A stretch of 64,000 nucleotides of DNA from an uncultured virus (IMG/VR IMGVR_UViG_3300021560_000001) (Duplodnaviria > Heunggongvirae > Uroviricota > Caudoviricetes): IMG/VR virus record IMGVR_UViG_3300021560_000001; one strand, 5' to 3'. The notes beneath the pieces were generated by a model. That model made no database searches, was not told the origin of the DNA, and saw nothing but the letters and a program-made list of their open reading frames with translations. A program made the translations under genes and the position numbers. Of this stretch, positions 20,501 through 29,573 are shown one piece after another (position 1 is the first letter of the stretch; each line of letters opens with the position of its first letter).

Positions 20501-21060
20501 GCGGCGGCGGCGGCTATAACCCGCGAGCCATAGCGGGCACGAGAACGCCATCGATGCATGCTTACGGCACTGCTGTTGACATCAATGTTAAACAAAATCC
20601 GCAGCATGGTCGTACTAACTTGCCATCGTCGGTGGAAGCAATTGCATGGCAGCACGGACTGTCATGGGGCGGCCGTTTTGGCGATCCGATGCATTTCGAG
20701 GCGATGGGTGCTCAAGCATGGGCATCCAAGAAACGGCAGCTTGAAACAAGGGCAGCAAGGGCAGAATCGCGACAAGGTGGCGGTCCGGTTGGCGCCGGCT
20801 CTTCGTACCTGGTCGGCGAAGAGGGGCCAGAGCTTTTTTCACCCTCGCTTTCTGGTGGCATCATATCCAACGATCAGATCAATATGATGCGTGCTCAGAT
20901 GGAAAAGCCGATCAAGATGAATGTGGAAGCTCCATCTATCCCGGCATATCAGACGCGGGCGCAGATGGCTCGCAGCCAGCGCCGCGTCGAGCGCATGGCG
21001 CACGAGGATCAGCAACGCGACGATGGCAAGCACAACCCATCCTTTTTAGGGACGCAGTGA
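17524..21060 (+). CDS. Tape measure protein with lytic-transglycosylase-like and M15 peptidase domains
   Basis: Helical N-terminal half; ISVESG...YRGLTQIG; SMHAYGTAVDIN...WGGRFGDPMHFE. Confidence 0.85.
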   Translation: MPDIAETNIRISATDDTARALSGMLQNMRSTAEAVNAMWSKGINSEIERTINRLQDLSKKAEEEVGRKTTSSFQKAAGAVSSLAQGVVGLVGAGAIEEFVRRGVSGFMNFEDAITRARQEIKLTDEQMKTVTETVERIRQKTGASKEELVSQLRDFLALSGAQTDEGIKLYERLQAIARATGVSFDTISKGAISALKQLKVPLDEVEGVVAQWATTMPKAMLGPFLQAVPELNKLLEQVHIGGKNRTADLAAMFATLAEKMGDPRLAADALKNSLSEAMDTSTRLGRMMIPQMAAIKSSSDPLIALYDALLVKFKELGLLGGDETARIKAQRLGIPDETVETIRKYGEAQDQIRAKLTSVAEAIAQITQKNAELDEKFKASATRMAALIADLGEKVGEFLNTLGAPKALEDLNQSMKTLNEVAHELQAAFNWELDWKKLLNITGLTEEWEHIKGVWKGREERVRGEGAPKLFEGEGGGPPIMMPTPFQHGGIVSKPTLAMLGEAGAEAVVPLTGARGGGGESVEAEKENTRETKSLTEELRRLNDILEYRGLGAAGAAGGGADGDGGDPARGTRGGTRDPSTGRMRGTPEAPTPRTRVDGKPVPQDPYVHPATPADVPSGGPPAQYRPEYHAEGGDVTPGKPAVVGEKGPEIVLPRPRTRPRPAPAPAPAPVAPTIVGEKGPELIMPRSQGRVIPAAETASLRRVGAKHGLTPQSIAGLISVESGWSTGATGSHGKYRGLTQIGQQTFREAGGKLGGLTWSEYLKASPAKQIDVYGAWLDHYKFDQKVKAAGVDLSKMSHAEQAAFLQAMQFSPNANEWMKDPNTRATLSSQARVLGDTSRAQMAAYYKTILPAGGGQPTQYASGMDLEGDIATRSRTLDVARIERETRLAGPTGMDIEGDPATRSRTLEAAREDMRKASLAPVDSYKAAIRRGERGEFNAARTGEFGKLGSIQTKTITLSNGQSVKVNALVADRYEGFLNEMIERGYPVDVRGGGGYNPRAIAGTRTPSMHAYGTAVDINVKQNPQHGRTNLPSSVEAIAWQHGLSWGGRFGDPMHFEAMGAQAWASKKRQLETRAARAESRQGGGPVGAGSSYLVGEEGPELFSPSLSGGIISNDQINMMRAQMEKPIKMNVEAPSIPAYQTRAQMARSQRRVERMAHEDQQRDDGKHNPSFLGTQ

Positions 21061-21061
21061 C

Positions 21062-21625
21062 ATGGCTGATGTTGGTCAATCGATGCTTGGCACGACTATT
21101 CCTGACGGGCTGCTTCCGCCCGATGTTTCGTGGGAACGCGCTGACGGACTCGGTCCGCAGCTAGTCGAGCCGACCGCGGATCAGTTTCTCGCGACGCTTT
21201 ACCAGTGGGGGCCGATCCAGTTCCAGGTTTGGCCGCTCAATGCGCACGAGGTGGACCACGAAACGTCAACGGATTGGGCACATAAGGAGATACTCGGGGC
21301 GGGCGTGTATCGAGAATGGACAGGTGAGAATGATGAGACGTTGCATTTCCGCGGGCATCTTTTCCCGTATCGGCTCGGCGGCATGAGCGCGATGGAGCGG
21401 TTCGAGACGGAAAGGCGGCAAGGCATGGTCCACCTGATGCTGCGTGGGCGCGGCGAGTATATGGGCTGGTTCGTGTGCGAAAAACTGATCCGCACGCACA
21501 CCTTCCTGTCGAGCGAAGGCGTCGGCCGACAGCTCGCCTTCGAGTCGGTAATGGCGCGCGCGCCGATACCGGACAACGCCACCTACGTCAGCAAGCTATG
21601 GGGCTCGAGCCAGCCGAGGCCGTGA
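21062..21625 (+). CDS. Tail protein, P2 gpU-like
   Basis: LYQWGPIQF...DWAHKEILG...EWTGE.DE..HFRG.LFP...GEYMGWFV. Confidence 0.85.
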   Translation: MADVGQSMLGTTIPDGLLPPDVSWERADGLGPQLVEPTADQFLATLYQWGPIQFQVWPLNAHEVDHETSTDWAHKEILGAGVYREWTGENDETLHFRGHLFPYRLGGMSAMERFETERRQGMVHLMLRGRGEYMGWFVCEKLIRTHTFLSSEGVGRQLAFESVMARAPIPDNATYVSKLWGSSQPRP

Positions 21626-21626
21626 T

Positions 21627-21920
21627 ATGCCAGCCAAGAACGCGACAATAGTCGGCTTCGAGATTTACCAGGTGCTCAGCGAGTTCATCACCGCAGATTT
21701 CATAGTTTGGAAAAGATATAGGAACCGTGCCCCCGGCATCATGGAGCTGATGCTTGACGCTAATCCGCAACTCTCGTGGGGCCATCGCAAGTCACCGTTC
21801 ATTCCAGTAGGCACGCTGATCCGCCTGCCAATTGACCAGAATATGCTGCTCGGCCGGCCGGCGACACTTCCTACGGACTCGCTCTGGACTGACAGGCAGG
21901 GTTTCCGTCTTCCAGTATAG
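21627..21920 (+). CDS. Tail protein X (P2 gpX-like, LysM-like)
   Basis: DFIVWKRY...ELMLDANPQL...IPVGTLIRLP. Confidence 0.85.
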   Translation: MPAKNATIVGFEIYQVLSEFITADFIVWKRYRNRAPGIMELMLDANPQLSWGHRKSPFIPVGTLIRLPIDQNMLLGRPATLPTDSLWTDRQGFRLPV

Positions 21921-21930
21921 GAGAACCAAT

Positions 21931-23175
21931 GTGAGCTTCGTCGACGTCTTCGGGGAGCTGCCAGCACCGGCGGACACGACCGAGCCATTCATCGGCACGG
22001 CGACGCAGACCAACCGTTTGCTGGCCCATTACAAGGTGGAGATTGGTGGCGTCGATATCACCGATGCACTCAGGCCGCACTTGGAATCGCTACAGATCGT
22101 CGATGACGGCGTACCGCACGCGACCATCGAGGTTGACGATCGCGACGCCAAGTTGCCGATCCCGCCGTTCGACACCGAGGTGCATATCGAACTGGGCTGG
22201 GAGAGCGAGGAGATGGTGACCGTGTTCGATGGTCACACCTTCGACCTCGAATACGGCTGCGCACGCAAGCAGGGCGGCCGCAAGATGTGGGTGCATGCTT
22301 TCGCGCCGCGGATGACCTCGCATGCCAAGACGCCGATGCAGGAGGGCGTGGGCGAGGGCGCGGAAGCGGGGCAGAAGGAAGGCAAGCAAATCCCGATGTC
22401 GGATTTTTTGCAGAAGGCGGCGAGCAACGCCGGTTTCAATGCCAACATCGCCGGCTTCTTCGACCAGTTCAAGTCCGACCGTTGGGAGCAGCAGGGCGAG
22501 AGCATGATGCACCTGTTCGAGCGCATGGCCATCAAAGCCGGCGGCATGGTGCATTACGATGGCGGCAACAGCGTCAGCCTCATTGCTCCCGCAAGCCAGG
22601 GCAACGTCATGGCGATCTGGGGCGACAACCTGATCTCCGTACGCCTGCGTCCTTACGCCAGCCGTTCGACCTGGGCAGGCGGTCATCAGCAGCACTACGA
22701 TCATCAGGCTGCGAATTGGATACGCTCCATAAAGCAGTTCGGCATGTCGTTCCCTTGGGGCGGCGGTGGCGGAGGTGGTGGTGGTGGTCCCGAGGCGATG
22801 ATCCAGAACGTCGAGGAGGCAGCGAGCCAGGGTGGCGCCGATGGTGACAATTCCGGCAATCAAGGGCTAGCGAGCTACGAGCCCGGCTATGGCCGCATTG
22901 CCATCAACGGCGAGCCTTCGGCGAAGTTCGGTGGTTCCGTCGAGGTAGTCGGAGTGCGTCCCGGCGTCGATGGCAGCTACGCGATCTGGGTCGTCGAGCA
23001 TCACCTTCAGCGCGGCCAGGGCTTCATCACCTTTCTCGATGTTGACGTCATCACGACCGGCGGCGATGTACGCCCCGCGCGGCGCGCGCAAACTAGCCAG
23101 GAAAGGCAGAAAATCCGTAACGTCAATCGTGGTTTGCCGAACCAGAGTTACTCACAGCAGAATCAGGGAGGCTAG
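21931..23175 (+). CDS. Baseplate hub/late control protein D-like
   Basis: GVDITDAL...IEVDDRD..LPIP...LGW...QQGES..H...GVRPGVDGSY; GTG start after AGGAG. Confidence 0.85.
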   Translation: MSFVDVFGELPAPADTTEPFIGTATQTNRLLAHYKVEIGGVDITDALRPHLESLQIVDDGVPHATIEVDDRDAKLPIPPFDTEVHIELGWESEEMVTVFDGHTFDLEYGCARKQGGRKMWVHAFAPRMTSHAKTPMQEGVGEGAEAGQKEGKQIPMSDFLQKAASNAGFNANIAGFFDQFKSDRWEQQGESMMHLFERMAIKAGGMVHYDGGNSVSLIAPASQGNVMAIWGDNLISVRLRPYASRSTWAGGHQQHYDHQAANWIRSIKQFGMSFPWGGGGGGGGGGPEAMIQNVEEAASQGGADGDNSGNQGLASYEPGYGRIAINGEPSAKFGGSVEVVGVRPGVDGSYAIWVVEHHLQRGQGFITFLDVDVITTGGDVRPARRAQTSQERQKIRNVNRGLPNQSYSQQNQGG

Positions 23176-23229
23176 ATTTGTTCGGGGCGCAGCGATCTGT
23201 GCGCCTAATGCGCTGATAGGTGGCCGCCG

Positions 23230-25164
23230 ATGGCTGTCGCGTTCACCAACAGCACCGGCATCGCCACCGGCGACACTGGCGTAACTCAAGTCGATTCACA
23301 ACTTTTCAGTACATTCAGCGGCACCGATATCGGCATTCTGGTGCAGCTGCAGTTGAACCCGCTCGGCAGCGCGCCGACGGGCGTCGCGATGGTGCTCGAT
23401 CCGACCGGTCTCAACGCATCGCTGACGCTGATTGACTCGTACAATCCTGGCACCGGCGCTTATTTTTATCTTTTTGCCATACTCGGGGTGTCCGTCAGCG
23501 CCAGGATCGTTCGCGCGACCTGGACCAACAGCTGCTACGGCATCGGTCAGGTTTGCGTGCTCACCGGCGTCAAGCAGACCAGCGTCGCGGCCGCATTTAC
23601 CAACGCGGCGCACAATACCAACTCCTTCGGTTCGGCGTCGGTGACAGTGACGAGTGCCACCAACAATCTAGCCATCGCTCATTTTCAATGCACAATCAGT
23701 AGCTGCACGCCCAACCAAACTAGCATTTGGGGGCCTTCCCCCTGGGCAAATCTTAGTCTTAATTCTGGCGGCAACTATGATGTTGGTGCTGCCAGTGTCA
23801 CGCTCACCGCCAGCGTGTCTGGAACCTGGGTCGGGCAAGGCATCAACGTTAACGTCAGCATCACTGCGTGGGACGGTAGCGCTGCGCTTGCCGGAACGGG
23901 CGGTGCTACGCTAACCGCGAACCTGAGAGAGCAGACCAAAGGCGCGCTCACCGGCAGCGGCGCTATCGTCGCCAATGTTTTCAGGGACAAGACGCTGTTC
24001 TCGGCAAATTTTGCGGGGGCCGGCGTTGCCCGATGGTCTTCGGTCGATCAGATCGACCAGTGGTTGGCTGCGGTTGCTGCCTTCTCGGGCGCGAGCGCGC
24101 TTTCCGCTAATGCAATCTTTCCAGGTATCCGCGCGACTCTTGCCGCCGTCGCTGCGCTGTCTGTCGACATGCCACTGTGGCGCGGTGCTTCCGCTGCATT
24201 CTGGGGCAACGACAGCACTCTTGTTGGTCGCGCGCTGTCGATTTCGGCAACGACAGCCATCTTGATTGGCAGCGGCGGCTTCACCGGCCCCGCTCGTCAG
24301 GTTCAGACCATGCCGAACGCCGCTAGCTTGGCGGGCAGCGGCGCGCTCGTGGCTGTCGTGACGGGCCGTCAGAACGTGCCAGCTACGGCGGCGTTGGCCG
24401 GTGCCGCGCAATTCGTCGTGCCGCCAATGTTGCAGGCTCTGACCATCCGCCGGGGTCTTGTTGGAATAGGTAGTCTCGTCCCGCCCATTATTGGGCAACC
24501 TCTAGCCGTCAGCAGTCTGACATTTCGCGGTGCGGGAAGCTTGTCGGTGTTGCCGAGGCTTCAACGTCCGATTTCGACCGCGTTCTCATCGAACGCAGTC
24601 GTTGCTGCCGTGGATGTCATGCTGCTGGCCGGAGGCCAGCCGCCGCAGGCGCTGGCGCTGCTCGACCGCACCTGGGACGATGAGGTCAATGGCCCGAACC
24701 AAGAAGCGCTGTTCTCGAACTATAACGATCAGCTGGTTTTCGAGTGCGATCCCGGGCTAGTCGGCAACGATCAAGGCGTGCGCGGTGCGGCGCAGACGAT
24801 CCGGCTGATGCCGCCGCTGATGTTCGGCAACAGCCAAAACATCGAGATCAATCTTAGCGGTATCACCGTCAGGCTCGATGTGCTGGAAGCGATTAATTCC
24901 GCTGTTAGATTGAGCGTCCTGGAAGCACAGAACAGCTTGCTGCAAAACCAGGCGACGATGTTACAAGCGCAGGTCTCGGTGCTGCAAGCGCAGGTTTCAC
25001 TGCTACAATCGCAGGTTAACACGTTGATGTTGCTCGATCCGAGAGCGCTGGTCGCGCTGTTCGCTGGCTCCGGGACGTTTGCCGCGGATGTGACGTCCGT
25101 GGCGGTACATGCGAATCTCGCAGGCTCCGGAGCGATCATCATCAACGTGACAGGAGGCCACTGA
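23230..25164 (+). CDS. Virion accessory fibre-like protein: beta domain, Ala/Gly repeats, coiled coil
   Basis: Repeated A(A/S)(L/F)(A/S)G.G.L units; heptad LQAQVSVLQAQVSLLQSQV. Confidence 0.6.
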   Translation: MAVAFTNSTGIATGDTGVTQVDSQLFSTFSGTDIGILVQLQLNPLGSAPTGVAMVLDPTGLNASLTLIDSYNPGTGAYFYLFAILGVSVSARIVRATWTNSCYGIGQVCVLTGVKQTSVAAAFTNAAHNTNSFGSASVTVTSATNNLAIAHFQCTISSCTPNQTSIWGPSPWANLSLNSGGNYDVGAASVTLTASVSGTWVGQGINVNVSITAWDGSAALAGTGGATLTANLREQTKGALTGSGAIVANVFRDKTLFSANFAGAGVARWSSVDQIDQWLAAVAAFSGASALSANAIFPGIRATLAAVAALSVDMPLWRGASAAFWGNDSTLVGRALSISATTAILIGSGGFTGPARQVQTMPNAASLAGSGALVAVVTGRQNVPATAALAGAAQFVVPPMLQALTIRRGLVGIGSLVPPIIGQPLAVSSLTFRGAGSLSVLPRLQRPISTAFSSNAVVAAVDVMLLAGGQPPQALALLDRTWDDEVNGPNQEALFSNYNDQLVFECDPGLVGNDQGVRGAAQTIRLMPPLMFGNSQNIEINLSGITVRLDVLEAINSAVRLSVLEAQNSLLQNQATMLQAQVSVLQAQVSLLQSQVNTLMLLDPRALVALFAGSGTFAADVTSVAVHANLAGSGAIIINVTGGH

Positions 25165-27138
25165 ATGCTGACGACGCTGGTCAAGACCACCGACACCCGT
25201 TACGGCCGCATGAGTTACTTTGCCGCCGACGCCTATATCGGGCGCTCGCTCGAATTGTACGGCGAATATTCGCCCGGCGAAATCGAGCTGATGGCTAAGA
25301 TCGTCAAGCCGGGATGGGCGGTGGTAAACGGCGGCGCGAACATCGGTGCGCTCACGGCGCCGCTGGCGGAGCTGGTCGGGCCGGATGGCAAAGTCTATGC
25401 GTTCGAACCGCAGCCCGAGCTGGTTCAATTGCTCCGGCGCAATATGCGCAAGCGCAAGAACGTCATGGTCAGCGACTATGCGCTGTGGCATTCGCGCGGC
25501 GACAACCGTGTGCGCAAGGTGATGGAGCTGCAGCACGACAATTTCGGCTGCTTTACCATCGGTGATGACGGTGGTAGCGGCATCGTGCGCATGATCGCGC
25601 TTGATGATTGGCTGCAGGGCGAGGATGTGCAGCTGATTTTCGCCGACGTCGAGGGTTGTGAGGCGATGCTATTGGAGGGCGCTAAGCAGACGATCAAGCG
25701 CTGCCGCCCGCTATTCTATCTGGAGGATCATCCGGATCGTGCGCGCCTGGGCGTGACCGATCTCGTGTCTTACGTGCGCCAGCAGGACTATCTCGCTTAT
25801 AGTCACAAGCCGGACATGTACTCGGTCGACAACTGGAAGAAGTGTCCCGAGAACGCGTTCATGGACCTAAAGAATTTTGAGCTCAAACCGTACAAGACGC
25901 TAAGCTTCAACATCCTATGCATCCCGCAAGAGCGGATTGCCGAATTCCGCCATCTGCTCGACGACCATACCAAATTCCACGCTGAACCGCGTGGCACCAA
26001 GCTGCAGATGATCGTGCCGCGATCGCCGAACCAAGGCGCGGGCGGATGGGCTTGCATCGTGCGCGGTGGCGGCGTTGGCGACAATTTGATTGCCGCGGCT
26101 CCGGCTCGCTCGCTGAAAGAGATGGGTTACAAAGTCGAAATCCTCACGCAGACGCCGAACAACGTCGTGTTCGAGAACAATCCGTTTGTTGATAAGATCA
26201 GCGTGCACGACGAGGCCGACTGGCCGAAGGACCAGGTTGCTTGGCAGGAGTTCTTCCGCATCCGCGCCAAGGAATACGACCGCTTTGCCAACCTGGCGCA
26301 CTCTTGCGAAGCCCGGCACGCATTGTTCCCGATCATGACGGCGTTCTGGTGGTCGCAGGAATATCGGCGCAAGCTCTGCGCCGGCAGCTACTTGGAAACC
26401 GCATTTGACATCCTCGGCGTACCGTATTCATTCGGTCCGCTGTTCTTCCCAACTAGCGAGGAGCGCGAGCAGGCGCTTATCACCAAGCGCAAGCTCGGGC
26501 AGGGACCGATCATCGGCTGGTGCCTCGGCGGCACGCGGCTAGACAAGGTCTGGCCGTATACGCCGCTGTTGATCGGCCGCTTGATCAAGGAGCTGGATGC
26601 GCAGGTGGTGATGATGGGAGCGCCGCCGCCGTTCCGCGACTTCGAGATTGCCCGGGCCGTGCAAGACAGCGTGCGGGCGCAGAATGGCAGCGATGCCGGG
26701 CTCACTCATGCCTCTAGCCTGAGCCTCAAGGAACAAACCTGGCCAATCCGCCGCATCCTGTCGTTCGCGCAGGTCTGCGATCTGGTAATCGGGCCGGATA
26801 CCGGGCCGAGCTGGGGCGTGGCGTTCGAGCCCTTGCCGAAGATCATTTTGCTAAGTCACGCCAGCGAGGAGAATATCACCAAGCACTGGCTCAATACGGT
26901 AACGCTGCATGCCGATCAGCAACGGGTGAAGTGCTGGCCGTGCCATCGGCTGCATGAGAAGTTCGACACCTGCAATTCGGTCACCATCAATGATGCGCCA
27001 TATGCCGCCTGCATCAGTGATATCTCGGCGGAAACAATCGTGACGCACGCGCGGCACCTGCTCGGCCGGGCCGACAATAAGCCGGTGCCACAATTGCCCG
27101 CAGCGAAGGGCTTCAAATATTACGAGGAGAAGGTGTGA
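25165..27138 (+). CDS. FkbM-family methyltransferase fused to a GT9 (heptosyltransferase-like) glycosyltransferase
   Basis: YIGRSLELYGEYS, GGANIG, YAFEPQ, DVEGCE; then RGGGVGD, NNPFVD, DLVIGPDTG, CWPCH. Confidence 0.85.
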   Translation: MLTTLVKTTDTRYGRMSYFAADAYIGRSLELYGEYSPGEIELMAKIVKPGWAVVNGGANIGALTAPLAELVGPDGKVYAFEPQPELVQLLRRNMRKRKNVMVSDYALWHSRGDNRVRKVMELQHDNFGCFTIGDDGGSGIVRMIALDDWLQGEDVQLIFADVEGCEAMLLEGAKQTIKRCRPLFYLEDHPDRARLGVTDLVSYVRQQDYLAYSHKPDMYSVDNWKKCPENAFMDLKNFELKPYKTLSFNILCIPQERIAEFRHLLDDHTKFHAEPRGTKLQMIVPRSPNQGAGGWACIVRGGGVGDNLIAAAPARSLKEMGYKVEILTQTPNNVVFENNPFVDKISVHDEADWPKDQVAWQEFFRIRAKEYDRFANLAHSCEARHALFPIMTAFWWSQEYRRKLCAGSYLETAFDILGVPYSFGPLFFPTSEEREQALITKRKLGQGPIIGWCLGGTRLDKVWPYTPLLIGRLIKELDAQVVMMGAPPPFRDFEIARAVQDSVRAQNGSDAGLTHASSLSLKEQTWPIRRILSFAQVCDLVIGPDTGPSWGVAFEPLPKIILLSHASEENITKHWLNTVTLHADQQRVKCWPCHRLHEKFDTCNSVTINDAPYAACISDISAETIVTHARHLLGRADNKPVPQLPAAKGFKYYEEKV

Positions 27139-27410
27139 TGGCAAATCTGGAGGTCGAAACCTTGGTGTTGCCGCTCGACGATTTATTGCAGGCGGCGCTC
27201 GATCGGAAGCAGCTCGAGGGATGGATCATCATGCCGGGCACCAAGCCGGTCGGCGTTTGGGTGATCTGCCGGCAGCCCGGCGTTGCTCAGATGATGCACG
27301 ATGACCAGCAGCCGAAGGTAACGGTGGGTGTGGATCCGCGCGGTGTCGGCATCTTGCGCAACGGCAAGTTCGTCGACGAGCAAGGCAACGAAGTTCCACC
27401 ACCACAATGA
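27138..27410 (+). CDS. Hypothetical protein
   Basis: Coupled to the upstream gene. Confidence 0.55.
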   Translation: MANLEVETLVLPLDDLLQAALDRKQLEGWIIMPGTKPVGVWVICRQPGVAQMMHDDQQPKVTVGVDPRGVGILRNGKFVDEQGNEVPPPQ

Positions 27411-27420
27411 GGCGATGATC

Positions 27421-27843
27421 ATGATTTACACCGGAATCGAACCGTTCGCTAACCTCACCGCTGAGCAGGTACAGACTATTGAGGAAGCGATTAGCCGTGC
27501 GCCGGATCCAGCATGGCACGACGGCATCTGGCGTGAGCTGCGAGCTCGCCTCGAGGGCGAAGGGCCATGGAGCGATGACAAGGTGCGCGTCGCCGCCAAG
27601 CAGGCGCTTGCTGATCTCGGCATAACGCTTGAAACGGCCGAAGACGATAATGACGACGATAGCGACGACGACGATGATGACGATGAACCAATCGAGGAGG
27701 AAGACGAGCCCATCGAGGAGGAAGACGAGCCACCGGAACCAGAACCGGAGGCCGAGCCGGAACTAGAGGAAGCTGAATCGGAGCCCAAACCGAAACGAAG
27801 GTCTGCGGCGCATCATGCGCCGAAACGAAAAGCGCGTCGCTAG
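27421..27843 (+). CDS. Hypothetical protein with D/E-rich tract and basic tail
   Basis: DNDDDSDDDDDDDEPIEEEDEPIEEED...PKRKARR. Confidence 0.6.
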   Translation: MIYTGIEPFANLTAEQVQTIEEAISRAPDPAWHDGIWRELRARLEGEGPWSDDKVRVAAKQALADLGITLETAEDDNDDDSDDDDDDDEPIEEEDEPIEEEDEPPEPEPEAEPELEEAESEPKPKRRSAAHHAPKRKARR

Positions 27844-27959
27844 TCGTCCCGCATCTCATCCTTGTGCTTTTTTGGCGGCGGCACAGGAACTCACTTTTTA
27901 ATGGCGCCGTCTACGCAACCGATCTAGCACAGCTAGATGCTACATAAGGAGATTACCTA

Positions 27960-28361
27960 ATGGCAAATATCGGCCTCTATGCGATGAAGAACATGCTCGA
28001 TTGGTCGCTCAAGGCGGCGACCCCGGCTTCGCCGGCCGCCTGCTATATTGGGCTCTCGCTCGGCGTGCCATCCTCGGCAGCGTCGTCGGAAGTCGGCGCC
28101 GGTTCCGGCTACACGCGACAGAGCATGGCGTTCGCCGGTGCAGCGACGCCCGCCGGTTCGGCCTCGGCTTCGAACTCGACAGCATGTACGTTTGGACCGT
28201 TCTCGTCTTCAGCGGTGGTTTCCGGCTTGTTCATTGCCGACACCGTATCGAGCAACGCCGGCAGCATGTTGTGGTACGGCAACTTGGCAACGGTGCGCAC
28301 ACCGCTCGCGGGCGATAGCTTGGTCATTGCCGCTGGGGCACTCAGTATCACGCTAAGCTAA
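27960..28361 (+). CDS. Small virion structural protein (fibre-base-like)
   Basis: YIGLS...EVG.GSGYTRQ..F...SNS....F...G.MLWYG.L...GDSLVIAAGALSITL; TAAGGAG RBS. Confidence 0.7.
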   Translation: MANIGLYAMKNMLDWSLKAATPASPAACYIGLSLGVPSSAASSEVGAGSGYTRQSMAFAGAATPAGSASASNSTACTFGPFSSSAVVSGLFIADTVSSNAGSMLWYGNLATVRTPLAGDSLVIAAGALSITLS

Positions 28362-28393
28362 TGCCGTAGGCTCCGGGCTATGGAGGCTAAAGC

Positions 28394-28873
28394 GTGGCAG
28401 AACGCATCCTAGTCGTGAACTTCGAGAACGTGTCGGTCAGCGCGGTCGTCGACTTCTTCTCGCTCAAAAACAGCACGACGAACGGGCTGGAGCTGCGCGG
28501 CTTCTCGATCTCAGCGGGCGGCCAGACCTCGCCGGCCGAGCTGCGCGTGCGGCTTAAGCGCGTCACTGGCGGCACGGTCACGCAGGGTTCTGGCGGCACG
28601 GTGGCGACGGCAAACCTGGTTGACACCGGCATCGGTGCGGTCGGGGCGAAAGCCACCGCGCACACCTGCGACACGACACAGGGGACCGGCACCACGGTGA
28701 CGCTCCTGCTGCCGTGGCAGTGGAATATGTTGCAAGACTTGCTGTACGTGCCGACCACCGTGGAAGAACGCGAATGCATCGGTCCGAGCGAGATGATCAT
28801 TGTCGATCTGGCTGCCGCGCCTGCTGCCGCTACAAACTTCTCGGGTTGGATCAAGTATTCCGAGTATCCATAA
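28394..28873 (+). CDS. Hypothetical beta-rich virion protein
   Basis: GGAGG RBS, GTG start; within structural island. Confidence 0.55.
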   Translation: MAERILVVNFENVSVSAVVDFFSLKNSTTNGLELRGFSISAGGQTSPAELRVRLKRVTGGTVTQGSGGTVATANLVDTGIGAVGAKATAHTCDTTQGTGTTVTLLLPWQWNMLQDLLYVPTTVEERECIGPSEMIIVDLAAAPAAATNFSGWIKYSEYP

Positions 28874-28882
28874 GGAGCATGT

Positions 28883-29161
28883 ATGGCCCTCACCGTCGAC
28901 TCCGCGCTGCAAGCCGGGCAGATCGCGCAGGCGATCCAAGCCATTCAAACGCAGATCGCCACGCTGCAACAGGCCATCGCCACCAGCGTCACCATCAACG
29001 CCATCAATGTGCTGACGCAGATTCCGGGCGGCGGCACCGCGTCCATGCAGGCGAGCCTGCCGATGAACTTGGCTGACAGCCAAACGATCTTCAACTCGGT
29101 GCTGTCGTTGTATCAAACGCAATTGACCAACTTGCAGAACCAGCTCGCCGCCATCGTGTAG
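28883..29161 (+). CDS. Small coiled-coil protein
   Basis: Q/A/I heptads; TAAGGAG RBS. Confidence 0.6.
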   Translation: MALTVDSALQAGQIAQAIQAIQTQIATLQQAIATSVTINAINVLTQIPGGGTASMQASLPMNLADSQTIFNSVLSLYQTQLTNLQNQLAAIV

Positions 29162-29165
29162 GGCC

Positions 29166-29573
29166 ATGGATCGTCACGGTCCGCCGACGTGCCCCGTTTG
29201 TTGGGGCAAGGAGTGTCGTGGCGGCGGCAATAAGCGATGCGTTCAGCGTGACCCGCGGCCGAGCCACCTCGCGGGCATCCTCGACAGCTACGGCGGGTTG
29301 CGCTTCGTCGTCGCCCATCGTCGCAGCTTCAAGCATCACGCGAGGCATGACGAGCGCCTGGTTGTTGTGCCGGGGCTGCTGGTGCATGAGCCGATCGCCT
29401 GGGGCGACATTCCCGGTGTGATCGGTCGCATCGAGTTCGAGGTCGAGAAGTGGATGAAGCGCAACGAGCGGGCCAACGATCCGAGCACGCGCGAGATCGT
29501 CGCGCTGTATCGACTGCGTTGCCTTGAGCAGAACCGGAACAGCCTCGACCTGAGCGCCATCGCGGAGACGTGA
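29166..29573 (+). CDS. Hypothetical Cys-containing protein
   Basis: 135 aa; CPVC..C..C; tight packing with neighbours. Confidence 0.45.
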   Translation: MDRHGPPTCPVCWGKECRGGGNKRCVQRDPRPSHLAGILDSYGGLRFVVAHRRSFKHHARHDERLVVVPGLLVHEPIAWGDIPGVIGRIEFEVEKWMKRNERANDPSTREIVALYRLRCLEQNRNSLDLSAIAET

